From Candidatus Eiseniibacteriota bacterium (lineage in GTDB: Bacteria; Eisenbacteria; RBG-16-71-46): DNA of 64,000 nt. The notes beneath the pieces are model-generated. The model saw nothing but the letters and a program-made list of their open reading frames with translations, was not told the DNA's origin and made no database searches. Both the position numbers and the translations under genes were made by a program. Positions 1 through 8,126 of the stretch are shown here, piece after piece (position 1 is the stretch's first letter; every line of letters starts with the position of its first letter). The stretch lies in the NCBI GenBank assembly GCA_041483195.1, contig JBGPFC010000021.1:1-64000 (forward strand), given 5' to 3'.

Positions 1-11
1 ACGTTCGTCAC
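1..11 (-). CDS. Possible 5' end of a divergently transcribed gene running off the left edge
   Basis: Minus strand reads GAGGAG-AA-GTG ACG AAC GT (SD-like motif then GTG); only 3 codons are visible and the SD spacing is short. Confidence 0.3.
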
Positions 12-154
12 TTCTCCTCGCAGTGCGGCTTCCAACAAGCCCAGCCGTCGGGCTTCTCGCAGTGACATCGGTATGGGGTCCATGCCTCGGACCTAATCAC
101 AGCGGAGTTAACCCGGACATTTTCACTGCGGAACTACACGCTTCGGGTGCGCCG

Positions 155-183
155 TTGACCCACCTCCAGATCCCTGATAGCGT
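155..183 (+). promoter_or_regulatory. Putative sigma70-type promoter of the BMC operon
   Basis: TTGACC (155-160), 17-nt spacer, TAGCGT (178-183), with TG in the extended -10 position. Confidence 0.55.
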
Positions 184-249
184 GCGGCCCGCGCGGCAAG
201 TACCGATGCCGCAAGCACCTCAACCGAACCACTGGAGTCGGCCCACAGA

Positions 250-549
250 TTGGGACGCGAAGCGCTCGGAATGGTCGAGACCCGCGGCTGGGTGGGAGCG
301 GTCGAGGCCGCCGACGCCATGTGCAAGACGGCTCTCGTGCGCCTCGTCCGATGCGAGGTGACGAGCGATGCGCTGGTCACCGTGGCCGTGCGGGGTGACG
401 TCGGATCGGTGGAAGCGGCGGTCGAGGCCGGGGCGCGTGCTGCATCGCGTGTCGGAGAGTTGCTCGCCCGCCACGTGATCCCGGCGCCGCACGCTCAGCT
501 GGAAGATCCGATCGCGGGACCCGCACCCGGGTCGCCCCGCGTGATTTGA
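250..549 (+). CDS. BMC-H shell hexamer protein (divergent pore loop)
   Basis: [46 protein letters not shown]00936-type; TTG start. Confidence 0.92.
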   Translation: MGREALGMVETRGWVGAVEAADAMCKTALVRLVRCEVTSDALVTVAVRGDVGSVEAAVEAGARAASRVGELLARHVIPAPHAQLEDPIAGPAPGSPRVI

Positions 550-571
550 ACTCGACGGGAAGGAGTCGTTC

Positions 572-871
572 ATGAACGAAGAAGCTCTGGGTCTCATCGA
601 GACGCGTGGCTGGGTGGCGATGGTCGAGGCGTCGGACGCGATGGTGAAGGCGGCCCGCGTCGAGCTGGTTCATTACGAGAAGATCGGCGGCGGTTACGTC
701 ACCACCGTGGTGCGCGGCGATGTGGCCGCGGTGCGGGCCGCGACCGAAGCCGGCGCGGCAGCTGCCGCGAAGGTCGGCGAGGTGGTCTCGGTCCACGTCA
801 TTCCGCGCCCGCATCCGATGCTCGAAGAGGTGCTGCCCATCCGGCGGCCCGAGGCCGCGGGCAAGAAGTAG
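572..871 (+). CDS. BMC-H shell hexamer protein (EutM/PduA-like)
   Basis: [49 protein letters not shown]. Confidence 0.96.
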   Translation: MNEEALGLIETRGWVAMVEASDAMVKAARVELVHYEKIGGGYVTTVVRGDVAAVRAATEAGAAAAAKVGEVVSVHVIPRPHPMLEEVLPIRRPEAAGKK

Positions 872-877
872 GGCGGC

Positions 878-1204
878 GTGATCCTCGCGCAGGTCCTGGG
901 CACGGTGGTTTCCACCCGCAAGGACGCGGCACTGCTGTCCCTCAAGCTGCTGCTGGTTCGCGAGGTGGACGCCCAGTTCAAGCCCACCGGGAACTACGTG
1001 GTCGCCGCCGACGCGGTCGGGGCGGGGGCCGATGAGATCGTACTCGTCGCGCAGGGCTCCTCGGCCCGCATGACCGAGGTCTCCCGCGACCGCCCGGTGG
1101 ACGCCGTGATCTGCGGCATCGTGGACGCGGTCGAGATGGACGGCCGCGACGTGTATCTCAAGCGCGCGGCCCACGGCGGCGCCCCCCGCGGGCGAACCGC
1201 GTGA
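878..1204 (+). CDS. BMC-P pentamer/vertex protein (EutN/CcmL family)
   Basis: MILAQVLGTVVSTRK..KLLLV..VAADAVGAG..EIVL..GSSAR..PVDAVICGIVD. Confidence 0.95.
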   Translation: MILAQVLGTVVSTRKDAALLSLKLLLVREVDAQFKPTGNYVVAADAVGAGADEIVLVAQGSSARMTEVSRDRPVDAVICGIVDAVEMDGRDVYLKRAAHGGAPRGRTA

Positions 1205-1230
1205 ACGCCGCGGCCGCGCACTGAGCCCCC

Positions 1231-2652
1231 ATGGCGATTGACGAGAAACGCATCGCGAGCATCGTCAGCGACGTGCTGCAACGGCTCGAGCGCGGCCGCC
1301 CCGCCGTTTCTTCCGGAGCGGCGGCTCCCATGGGCGTGCATCCCGACCTCGATACCGCGGTGGCCGCGGCACGCCGCGGCTTCGCGGCGTACGAACGGGT
1401 GCCGCTCGCGACCCGGTATCGCGTGGTCGCGGCCGTGCGCGAGACGCTGATCGCGAATCTTCGCGTGCTGTCCGAGGTCGCGGTCGAGGAGACCGGACTC
1501 GGGCGGGTCGATGACAAGATGCTCAAGAACCGCCTGGTCGCCGAGAAGACTCCCGGACCCGAGGACCTCGAGCCGCTGACCTGGACCGGCGATCACGGAC
1601 TCACACTGCTGGAGCGCGCGCCCTACGGCGTCATCGCCGTCATCACGCCGGTCACGAATCCGAGCGAGACCATCATCAACAACGGCCTCTCGATGATCGC
1701 GGGCGGAAACACCTGCGTGTTCTGTCCGCATCCGAACGCCCGCCGGGTGTCGAACCTCACGATCGATCTCATGAACCGGGCCGCGCGGGGCGCGGGGGCC
1801 CCGGAGCCCCTTCTCCACTCGGTCGATCATCCCACCCTCGAGGTCGCGCAGGCGCTGCTGCGCTACAAGGGGATCCGGCTCAACGTCGTGACCGGGGGCC
1901 CGGCCGTGGTGCGCGAGGCGCTGAACGCCGGGAAGAAGGCGATCACCGCCGGCCCCGGCAATCCGCCTTCGGTGGTGGACGAGACCGCCGACCTCGAGAA
2001 GGCCGCGCGCGACCTGGTCGCTGGCGCCTCGCTCGACAACAACATCATCTGCACCGACGAAAAGGAAGTCATCGCCGTCGCGATGATCGCCGACCGCCTC
2101 AAGGAGGCGTTCGCACGTTCGGGCGCGGTGGTGTTGCAGGCCCACCAGATCGAGAAGCTGCGGGGCATGCTGCTCGAGAAGGAGGCGGGACCGCGCAAGC
2201 ACGCCGTCATCAACCGCAAGTACGTCGGCAAGGACGCGGATATCATCCTGAAGGACGCGGGGATACCCTGTGATCCCACCAAACGCCTGGCCGTTTGCGA
2301 CGTGGACAACGACCATCCGTTCCTGTGGACCGAGATGATGATGCCGGTGCTGGCGATGACGCGGCTGCGCACCGTCGACGACGCGATCGACTTCGCGATC
2401 GAGGTCGAGCATGGTTACCGGCACACGGCGTCCATGCACTCGCGCAACATCGAGAAGCTGTCGAGAATGGCACGAGCCTGCGATTGCTCGATCTTCGTGA
2501 AGAACGGCCCGAATTACGCGGGGCTCGGACAGGGGGGCGAGGGGCCGACCAGCTTCACCATCGCCAGCCCGACCGGAGAGGGCATGACCACCGCGCGCAG
2601 CTTCACGCGCATCCGCCGCTGCACGCTCGTCGACCACTTCCGGATCGTGTGA
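1231..2652 (+). CDS. CoA-acylating aldehyde dehydrogenase (EutE/PduP family) with N-terminal encapsulation peptide
   Basis: PYGVI..PVTNP, TGGPAVV, AGPGNPP, catalytic DNNIICTDEKE, EMMMP, GGEG..FTIASPTGEG; N-terminal amphipathic helix IDEKRIASIVSDVLQRL. Confidence 0.95.
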   Translation: MAIDEKRIASIVSDVLQRLERGRPAVSSGAAAPMGVHPDLDTAVAAARRGFAAYERVPLATRYRVVAAVRETLIANLRVLSEVAVEETGLGRVDDKMLKNRLVAEKTPGPEDLEPLTWTGDHGLTLLERAPYGVIAVITPVTNPSETIINNGLSMIAGGNTCVFCPHPNARRVSNLTIDLMNRAARGAGAPEPLLHSVDHPTLEVAQALLRYKGIRLNVVTGGPAVVREALNAGKKAITAGPGNPPSVVDETADLEKAARDLVAGASLDNNIICTDEKEVIAVAMIADRLKEAFARSGAVVLQAHQIEKLRGMLLEKEAGPRKHAVINRKYVGKDADIILKDAGIPCDPTKRLAVCDVDNDHPFLWTEMMMPVLAMTRLRTVDDAIDFAIEVEHGYRHTASMHSRNIEKLSRMARACDCSIFVKNGPNYAGLGQGGEGPTSFTIASPTGEGMTTARSFTRIRRCTLVDHFRIV

Positions 2653-3200
2653 TGCTCGTCGCGATCGGCGCGGTCGAGACCAGCAGCATCGCGCAGGGCA
2701 CGGTCGTCGGCGACGCGATGGTCAAGACCGCCGACGTGGATCTGGTCGAGGCCTGTCCGATCTCCCCCGGCAAGTACTGGGTGCTGATCGGGGGAGAGGT
2801 CGGCCCGGTCCACGCGGCGTTTCGTCGCGGGCTCGAGGTTGCGGCCGACACGCTGCTCGATTCGCTGTTCATTCCCCAGCTGCACGCGATGGTGCTGCCG
2901 GCGTTGCGGGGCACCGTTGCGCCGGCCGATCACGACGCGCTGGGCGTGATCGAGACCGTGACGGCCGCCGCCGCGATCGTGGCCGCCGATCACGCGGCCA
3001 AGGCCGCCGACGTCCTGCTGCGCGATCTGCGGCTGGCCAACGGCCTGGGCGGCAAGGGTGTCGTGTTCCTGTCCGGGGCCGTGAGCGACGTGCAGGCCGC
3101 CGTGGAGGCGGGACGCGACCAGGCGCAACGCCGCGGGCTGCTGGCGCGGGCGGTGGTCGTGCCCCAGCTGCACCTGCTCATGAAGGGCAAGGTGTTCTAG
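2652..3200 (+). CDS. BMC-T tandem-domain shell protein (PduT-like)
   Basis: Two BMC repeats (AIGAVETSSIAQG..DAMVKTA..PGKY; ALGVIET..AADHAAKAA..RLANGLGGKG..G.VSDVQAAV); ATG overlaps the upstream TGA (TGATG). Confidence 0.92.
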   Translation: MLVAIGAVETSSIAQGTVVGDAMVKTADVDLVEACPISPGKYWVLIGGEVGPVHAAFRRGLEVAADTLLDSLFIPQLHAMVLPALRGTVAPADHDALGVIETVTAAAAIVAADHAAKAADVLLRDLRLANGLGGKGVVFLSGAVSDVQAAVEAGRDQAQRRGLLARAVVVPQLHLLMKGKVF

Positions 3201-3502
3201 TGCGCTTCGCGCGCGTGATCGGCACCGTGGTGTGCACCGAGAAGGTGCGCTCGTGGAAGGGGCACCGGCTCCTCCTGCTGGAGCCCACCGACGCGCGCAG
3301 CCGGCCCTCCGGTCGCTCGTTCGTCGCGGTGGATCTGGTCTCGGCCGCCCCCGGCCAGCGCGTGTTCTACGTGAAGGGACGCGAGGCGGCGAACGCCCTG
3401 CCCGAAGCTGACAATCCCGCCGACGCAGCGATCGTGGGCATCGTAGACGAGGTGCGCGAGCGGCCATGGGCCGGCCCTCCGTCCGGCGGCGGGACGCCCT
3501 GA
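3200..3502 (+). CDS. BMC-P pentamer protein (EutN/CcmL family), second paralog
   Basis: MRFARVIGTVVCTEK..LLLL..VAVDLVSA.PG..REA..PADAAIVGIVD. Confidence 0.92.
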   Translation: MRFARVIGTVVCTEKVRSWKGHRLLLLEPTDARSRPSGRSFVAVDLVSAAPGQRVFYVKGREAANALPEADNPADAAIVGIVDEVRERPWAGPPSGGGTP

Positions 3503-3780
3503 TGTTCACGGGCCGGGTGGTGGGTGAGGTCGTGGCGACCGTCAAGCATGCCGACCTCGCGAGCCAGAAGCTGCTGCTCGTGCAGGCGGTGGATCCCGAG
3601 GGACGCCCGATCGGGAGCCCGGCGATCGCGGTCGACACGGTGGACTCGGGGCCGGGCGACTGGGTGCTCGTCGCCGACGAAGGCAACGCCGCGGCGCAGG
3701 TGCTGCGCCGTGCGCGCGGCGCGATTCGCACCGTGATCGTCGGCGTGGTGGACGCTGTGCACGTACCCCGGTCGTCTTAG
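3502..3780 (+). CDS. BMC-P pentamer protein (EutN/CcmL family), third paralog
   Basis: MFTGRVVGEVVATVKH..KLLLVQ..AVDTVDSGPGDWVLV..EGNAA..IVGVVD; TGATG overlap. Confidence 0.92.
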   Translation: MFTGRVVGEVVATVKHADLASQKLLLVQAVDPEGRPIGSPAIAVDTVDSGPGDWVLVADEGNAAAQVLRRARGAIRTVIVGVVDAVHVPRSS

Positions 3781-3841
3781 GGCGTGCCCGGGCGAGCGCC
3801 GCATGCTAGATTCCGTGCCGATCGAAGGAAGGTGATCCCCC

Positions 3842-4048
3842 GTGCCACTCTTCGAGTATCAATGCGTGCCGTGCCGTGAGCGTTTCGAGATTCTGGCTTC
3901 CAGGGCGGACGAAGCTGCGCCTCCCTGTCCCCGCTGCGGCGGGGCCGAGGTGAGACGCCTGCTCTCCACCTTCGCGGTGACGAAGGGGCAGCCGAAGCCG
4001 GGATCCGGAGCGTGCGGCTCGGCGGATTGCGCGTGTCGAAGCTCGTAA
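3842..4048 (+). CDS. FmdB-family zinc-ribbon protein
   Basis: MPLFEYQCxxC..FE..CPxCG..RRLLSTFA, C-terminal Cys cluster. Confidence 0.85.
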   Translation: MPLFEYQCVPCRERFEILASRADEAAPPCPRCGGAEVRRLLSTFAVTKGQPKPGSGACGSADCACRSS

Positions 4049-4079
4049 GCCCCGAGGAGGATGGACTGGAGGACCGGAG

Positions 4080-4385
4080 ATGACGAAGGCCGACCTGGTG
4101 GAAGCGATCGCGAACGAGACAGGAGTCTCGAAAGCTCACACCGGACTCATCGTGGACAGTCTGCTCGACGCCGTGAGCCGCGCGCTCAGCGAGGGGAAGC
4201 ACCTCGAGATTCGTGGGTTCGGCACCTTCAAGGTGCGCGAGCGTCGCGCGAGACGCGCACGCAACCCGCGAAGCGGATCGGAAGTGATGGTGCCGGCGAA
4301 GCTGGTGCCGGTGTTCAAGCCGAGCAAGGAACTCAAGGCGCAGGTGGTGGGAGAGGTGGAGGCCCCGGAGCCCGTCGCGAGCTAG
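4080..4385 (+). CDS. HU/IHF family DNA-binding protein
   Basis: MTKADLVEAIA..LEIRGFGTF..RxARNP..VP.FKPSKELK. Confidence 0.95.
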   Translation: MTKADLVEAIANETGVSKAHTGLIVDSLLDAVSRALSEGKHLEIRGFGTFKVRERRARRARNPRSGSEVMVPAKLVPVFKPSKELKAQVVGEVEAPEPVAS

Positions 4386-4438
4386 GTCTCACGCGAAACG
4401 GTCCGCCGGGCCTTAGTACACGATCGGGAGGAGCACGG

Positions 4439-4534
4439 ATGGGTTCCGGAAAGAAGCGGAAGCGCAAGAAGATCGCCACCCACAAACGGAAGAAGCGTCT
4501 TCGGAAGAACCGCCATAAGAAGCGCATCCGCTAG
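4439..4534 (+). CDS. Small basic protein, AURKAIP1/COX24 (ribosomal bS22/mS38-like)
   Basis: MGSGKKRKRKKIATHKRKKRLRKNRHKKRIR after a GGAGGAG SD. Confidence 0.85.
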   Translation: MGSGKKRKRKKIATHKRKKRLRKNRHKKRIR

Positions 4535-4549
4535 ACCGTCACACCGCGG

Positions 4550-4570
4550 CGCGGAGCCTCCGGCTCCGCG
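4550..4570 (+). other. GC hairpin downstream of the bS22-like gene
   Basis: CGCGGAGCC-TCC-GGCTCCGCG perfect 9-bp stem; no U tract. Confidence 0.4.
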
Positions 4571-4652
4571 GCTGCTCGGCCGCGCATTTCTCTCCCGCGG
4601 CCGCTGGAGCTTCGACCCCGCACGCCGCTGGCGCGGCGGCGCGCGCGATCTG

Positions 4653-6278
4653 GTGTGGAAGGGATCGCACGCGCCAGAGGACGGGGACTTCTGCGTCGCC
4701 GAAGTCCCCGATGCGGGGCCGGCGTTCCTGATCGAGGTGCTGGGCGCGGACGACCGTCCCGAATGGGACGATGCGGCCGTCGCGTCCCAGTATCGGCTCC
4801 GGCACCGATTCCCCGCGGCCGCCCTGCGCGAAGCGGAGGCGTGTCACGAGCCGGGCGCCCGCGAGCGGCACGGCCGTCTCGATCTGCGCGACCAGCTGGT
4901 GTTCACGATCGATCCCGAGGACGCGCGCGATCACGACGACGCGCTCTCGGTGCGGGCCGCCGATCACGCGCGCTGGGAGGTGGGCGTGCACATCGCCGAC
5001 GTCTCGCACTACGTCGCGCCGGAATCGGCGCTCGACGGTGAGGCGCGCGCGCGGGGGACGAGCTGCTACCTGCCGGGGGGCGTGGTGCCGATGCTGCCGG
5101 AACGGCTCTCGGGAGATCTGTGCTCGCTGGTCCCGGAGCGCGATCGGCTCGCGCTCTCGGTGTTCGTCGAGCTCGACGGCGCGGGCCGCCTCCACGGGGT
5201 GCGCTACGCCGAGAGCGTGGTCCGCAGCGCGTTTCGGCTGCACTACGGCCAGGTGCAGGACGCGTTCGATGGCCGCGGTGTCCTCCCGCATCCGCTCCGC
5301 GAAGCGCTCGCGGAGCTGCTGACGCTGGCGCGCGCGCTGCGCCGGCGGCGTCTGGCGCATGGCGCGCTCGATCTCGACGTGCCCGAGGTGCGGGCCGTGG
5401 TGGACGCGCGCGGCGTGCCGCTTCGCATCGAGCGCCGGGTCGCGCTCGAGAGCCACGCGCTCATCGAGGAGTTCATGCTGCTCGCGAATCGATGCGTTGG
5501 CGAGGAGGGCGAGCGCCGCCGCTCGGGGCTCCTCTACCGGGTCCACGAGCCGCCGATCGCGAGCAAGATCGCGGAGCTCGACGCGATGCTGCGCGCGCTC
5601 GCGCTGCCCCGGCTCGGGAACACCACGGAACCGGCGAGTGCGCTCCAGGCGCTGCTGCGGGTGCCGCTCGATCCGCCGCACCGCCGGCTCGTGCACCGGC
5701 TGGTGCTGCGGTCGCTGGCGCGCGCGCGCTACCTCGAGCGCGACCTCGGCCACTTCGGCCTCGCGACCCGGGAATACTGCCACTTTACCTCGCCGATCCG
5801 CCGCTATCCCGATTTGCACAACCATCGCCGGGTGCGCGAGTGGATTCGCGGCCGCCGCAGCGCCGCCTGGGATCCGGCGCTGCTCTCCGAGCTCGCCGCG
5901 CAGTGCAGCGCCACCGAGATCGACGCCACCGGAGCGGAGCGCGAAGCGACCCGCGTCAAGACCCTCCGTCATCTCGAGGGGAGACTCGGGGAGCGTGCTT
6001 CGGGTATCATCTCGGGATTCGTGCCGCGCGGCTTCTTCGTGGAGCTCGAGGAAGTCCCCGCGGAGGGATTCGTTCGCATCGCGAACGAACTCGACGACTA
6101 CTTCGTACTCGACGCGTCGGGCGTGCGTATGACCGGCCGCCGGACACGCCGCCGGTTCACGCTCGGCGACGCGGTCGAAGTCATCATCGCGCGGGTCGAC
6201 GTGCCCGCGAGGGAATGTGATCTGGCCCTGGTCGTGCCGCAGCGGCGACGAGGTCACCGCCACCATGGGAGGGGTTGA
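4653..6278 (+). CDS. rnr: RNase R/RNase II family exoribonuclease (RNB + S1), short N-terminus
   Basis: FTIDPEDARDHDDA catalytic motif, VHIADVSHYV, LIEEFMLLAN, HFTSPIRRYPDL, C-terminal S1; true start may lie upstream (open frame, CTG at 4572). Confidence 0.88.
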   Translation: MWKGSHAPEDGDFCVAEVPDAGPAFLIEVLGADDRPEWDDAAVASQYRLRHRFPAAALREAEACHEPGARERHGRLDLRDQLVFTIDPEDARDHDDALSVRAADHARWEVGVHIADVSHYVAPESALDGEARARGTSCYLPGGVVPMLPERLSGDLCSLVPERDRLALSVFVELDGAGRLHGVRYAESVVRSAFRLHYGQVQDAFDGRGVLPHPLREALAELLTLARALRRRRLAHGALDLDVPEVRAVVDARGVPLRIERRVALESHALIEEFMLLANRCVGEEGERRRSGLLYRVHEPPIASKIAELDAMLRALALPRLGNTTEPASALQALLRVPLDPPHRRLVHRLVLRSLARARYLERDLGHFGLATREYCHFTSPIRRYPDLHNHRRVREWIRGRRSAAWDPALLSELAAQCSATEIDATGAEREATRVKTLRHLEGRLGERASGIISGFVPRGFFVELEEVPAEGFVRIANELDDYFVLDASGVRMTGRRTRRRFTLGDAVEVIIARVDVPARECDLALVVPQRRRGHRHHGRG

Positions 6279-6781
6279 TGCCGCCGAAGAAGAGTGGGCG
6301 CCGCACCGAGCGCCGCCGCAGCTCGCGCGCCGACGCGCGCCTGAGCATGCGGGTGGAAGGGGCCCACACCGATGGGGAGCACACACAAATCGTCACCGAG
6401 AGTCAGAACATCTCCGCCAACGGCGTGTACTGCACGTCGTCGCACTACCTGGCCCCGCTCTCCAAGGTCTCGCTGACCATCGTCCTGCCGCGGCTCCCCG
6501 GGGGGCATGGCGCCAAGGAGCTCATCAAGTGCGAGGGGATCGTGGTGCGCTGCGATCCGCCAGCTCGGCGCACCGACCGGCGGTTCGAGTTGGCATGCAT
6601 GTTCTCGGGGCTCGACGACCGGCGCCGCATGCTGCTCGACGAGTTCGTGACCTGGCGCAATCTCCAGGCGCTGCGGGCCGCGGCCGGCAGCGTCAACGGG
6701 GAACGCCGCACGGCGCGCCCGCGCGCGGCGAAGGCCCGCGCCGTGCGCAAGACCGCGACGCGCCGACGCACCGTCCATTAG
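6278..6781 (+). CDS. PilZ-domain protein
   Basis: ERRRSSR (RxxxR) and NISANG (D/NxSxxG) motifs, C-terminal G.VVR. Confidence 0.8.
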   Translation: MPPKKSGRRTERRRSSRADARLSMRVEGAHTDGEHTQIVTESQNISANGVYCTSSHYLAPLSKVSLTIVLPRLPGGHGAKELIKCEGIVVRCDPPARRTDRRFELACMFSGLDDRRRMLLDEFVTWRNLQALRAAAGSVNGERRTARPRAAKARAVRKTATRRRTVH

Positions 6782-6791
6782 GACCGGCCAC

Positions 6792-8126
6792 ATGGCGGGT
6801 CTGACCGTTCATCCCGGCCCGCCGCTCGCGGGGCGCTTCGAGCCGCCCGGCGACAAATCCATCACCCATCGCGCCTACCTGCTCGGCCTGCTGGGTGAGG
6901 GCGAGACCGTTGTCGAGAACGCGAATCCGGGAGACGACTGCGAGCGCACGCTCGCGTGCGCGGCGTCGCTCGGCGCGGCGGTCGCGCGCGAAGGCGGCCG
7001 GGTCGCGATCGCGGGCCGGGGCGCTCGGCTCAGCGAGCCCGACCGCGTCCTCGACTGCGGCAATTCGGGCACGACGCTGCGCCTGCTGGCTGGAGCGCTC
7101 GCGCCTCAGCCGTTTCTCGCGGTCCTCTGCGGCGACGCGTCGCTGCACCGCCGGCCGGTCGGGCGGGTGATCACGCCGCTGCGGCTCATGGGCGCCTGGC
7201 TCGCCGCGCGTGACGGCGATCGACTCCCCCCGCTGGTGGTGCGCGGCGGCGCGCTGCGTCCCATCACCTACGCCGCGCCGGTGGCGAGCGCGCAGATCGC
7301 CTCCTGCGTGCTGCTCGCGGGACTCTCGGCCCCGGGCGAGACCGCCGTCGAACTTCCCGGCGCCGCGCGCGACCACACGGAGCGCATGCTGCGCGCTTTC
7401 GGCGCGGAGGTCACGGTGAGCCCGCGTGCGGGGTCCGGGCCGCGGATCGCGGTGCGCGGCCCCGCGCCGCTGCGCGGCACGCGGGTCCGAGTGCCAGGCG
7501 ATTTCTCGGCGGCGGCGTTTGGTCTGGCCGGCGCGGCGGCGCGGCCGGGAGCCTCGGTCACCGCCTGCAACGATTTGCTCAACCCCACGCGCATCGCGTT
7601 TCTCGACGTGCTGGAACGCATGGGCGCACGCGTCGAACGCACGGGCCTCACGGAGGACGCCGGGGAGCCGCGCGGAGACGTGACGGTGACCGGCCCCGAG
7701 CGGCTTCATGGCTTCGACATTCCCGAGGAATGGGTGCCGCGCATGATCGACGAAATCCCGGCCTGGGCGATCGTGGCATGCGCGGCGCGTGGCCGCTCGC
7801 GGCTCCGGGGCGCCGCCGAGCTGCGGTTGAAGGAGAGCGACCGGCTGCGCGCGCTCGCGGAAAATCTCGGATCGCTGGGCGCCGTCGTGACCGAGCGCGA
7901 GGACGGGCTCGACATCGAAGGCGGGCCGCTGCGGGGCGGCACCGTGGCGGCGGGGCACGACCACCGCATCGCGATGGCGTTCGCGGTGCTCGCCACGCTC
8001 GGCCGGGAGCCCATCTTCATCGACGACGCCGCGAGCATCGCTACTTCCTATCCCGCGTTCGCCCCCACCCTGGAGGCGCTGGGCGGCCGGATCGAGCGTG
8101 AGCTCGAGGAGCACACCTCGCGATGA
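6792..8126 (+). CDS. aroA: 3-phosphoshikimate 1-carboxyvinyltransferase
   Basis: PGDKSITHR, GNSGTT, SAQ, RDHTERML, RLKESDR, DHRIAMA. Confidence 0.96.
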   Translation: MAGLTVHPGPPLAGRFEPPGDKSITHRAYLLGLLGEGETVVENANPGDDCERTLACAASLGAAVAREGGRVAIAGRGARLSEPDRVLDCGNSGTTLRLLAGALAPQPFLAVLCGDASLHRRPVGRVITPLRLMGAWLAARDGDRLPPLVVRGGALRPITYAAPVASAQIASCVLLAGLSAPGETAVELPGAARDHTERMLRAFGAEVTVSPRAGSGPRIAVRGPAPLRGTRVRVPGDFSAAAFGLAGAAARPGASVTACNDLLNPTRIAFLDVLERMGARVERTGLTEDAGEPRGDVTVTGPERLHGFDIPEEWVPRMIDEIPAWAIVACAARGRSRLRGAAELRLKESDRLRALAENLGSLGAVVTEREDGLDIEGGPLRGGTVAAGHDHRIAMAFAVLATLGREPIFIDDAASIATSYPAFAPTLEALGGRIERELEEHTSR

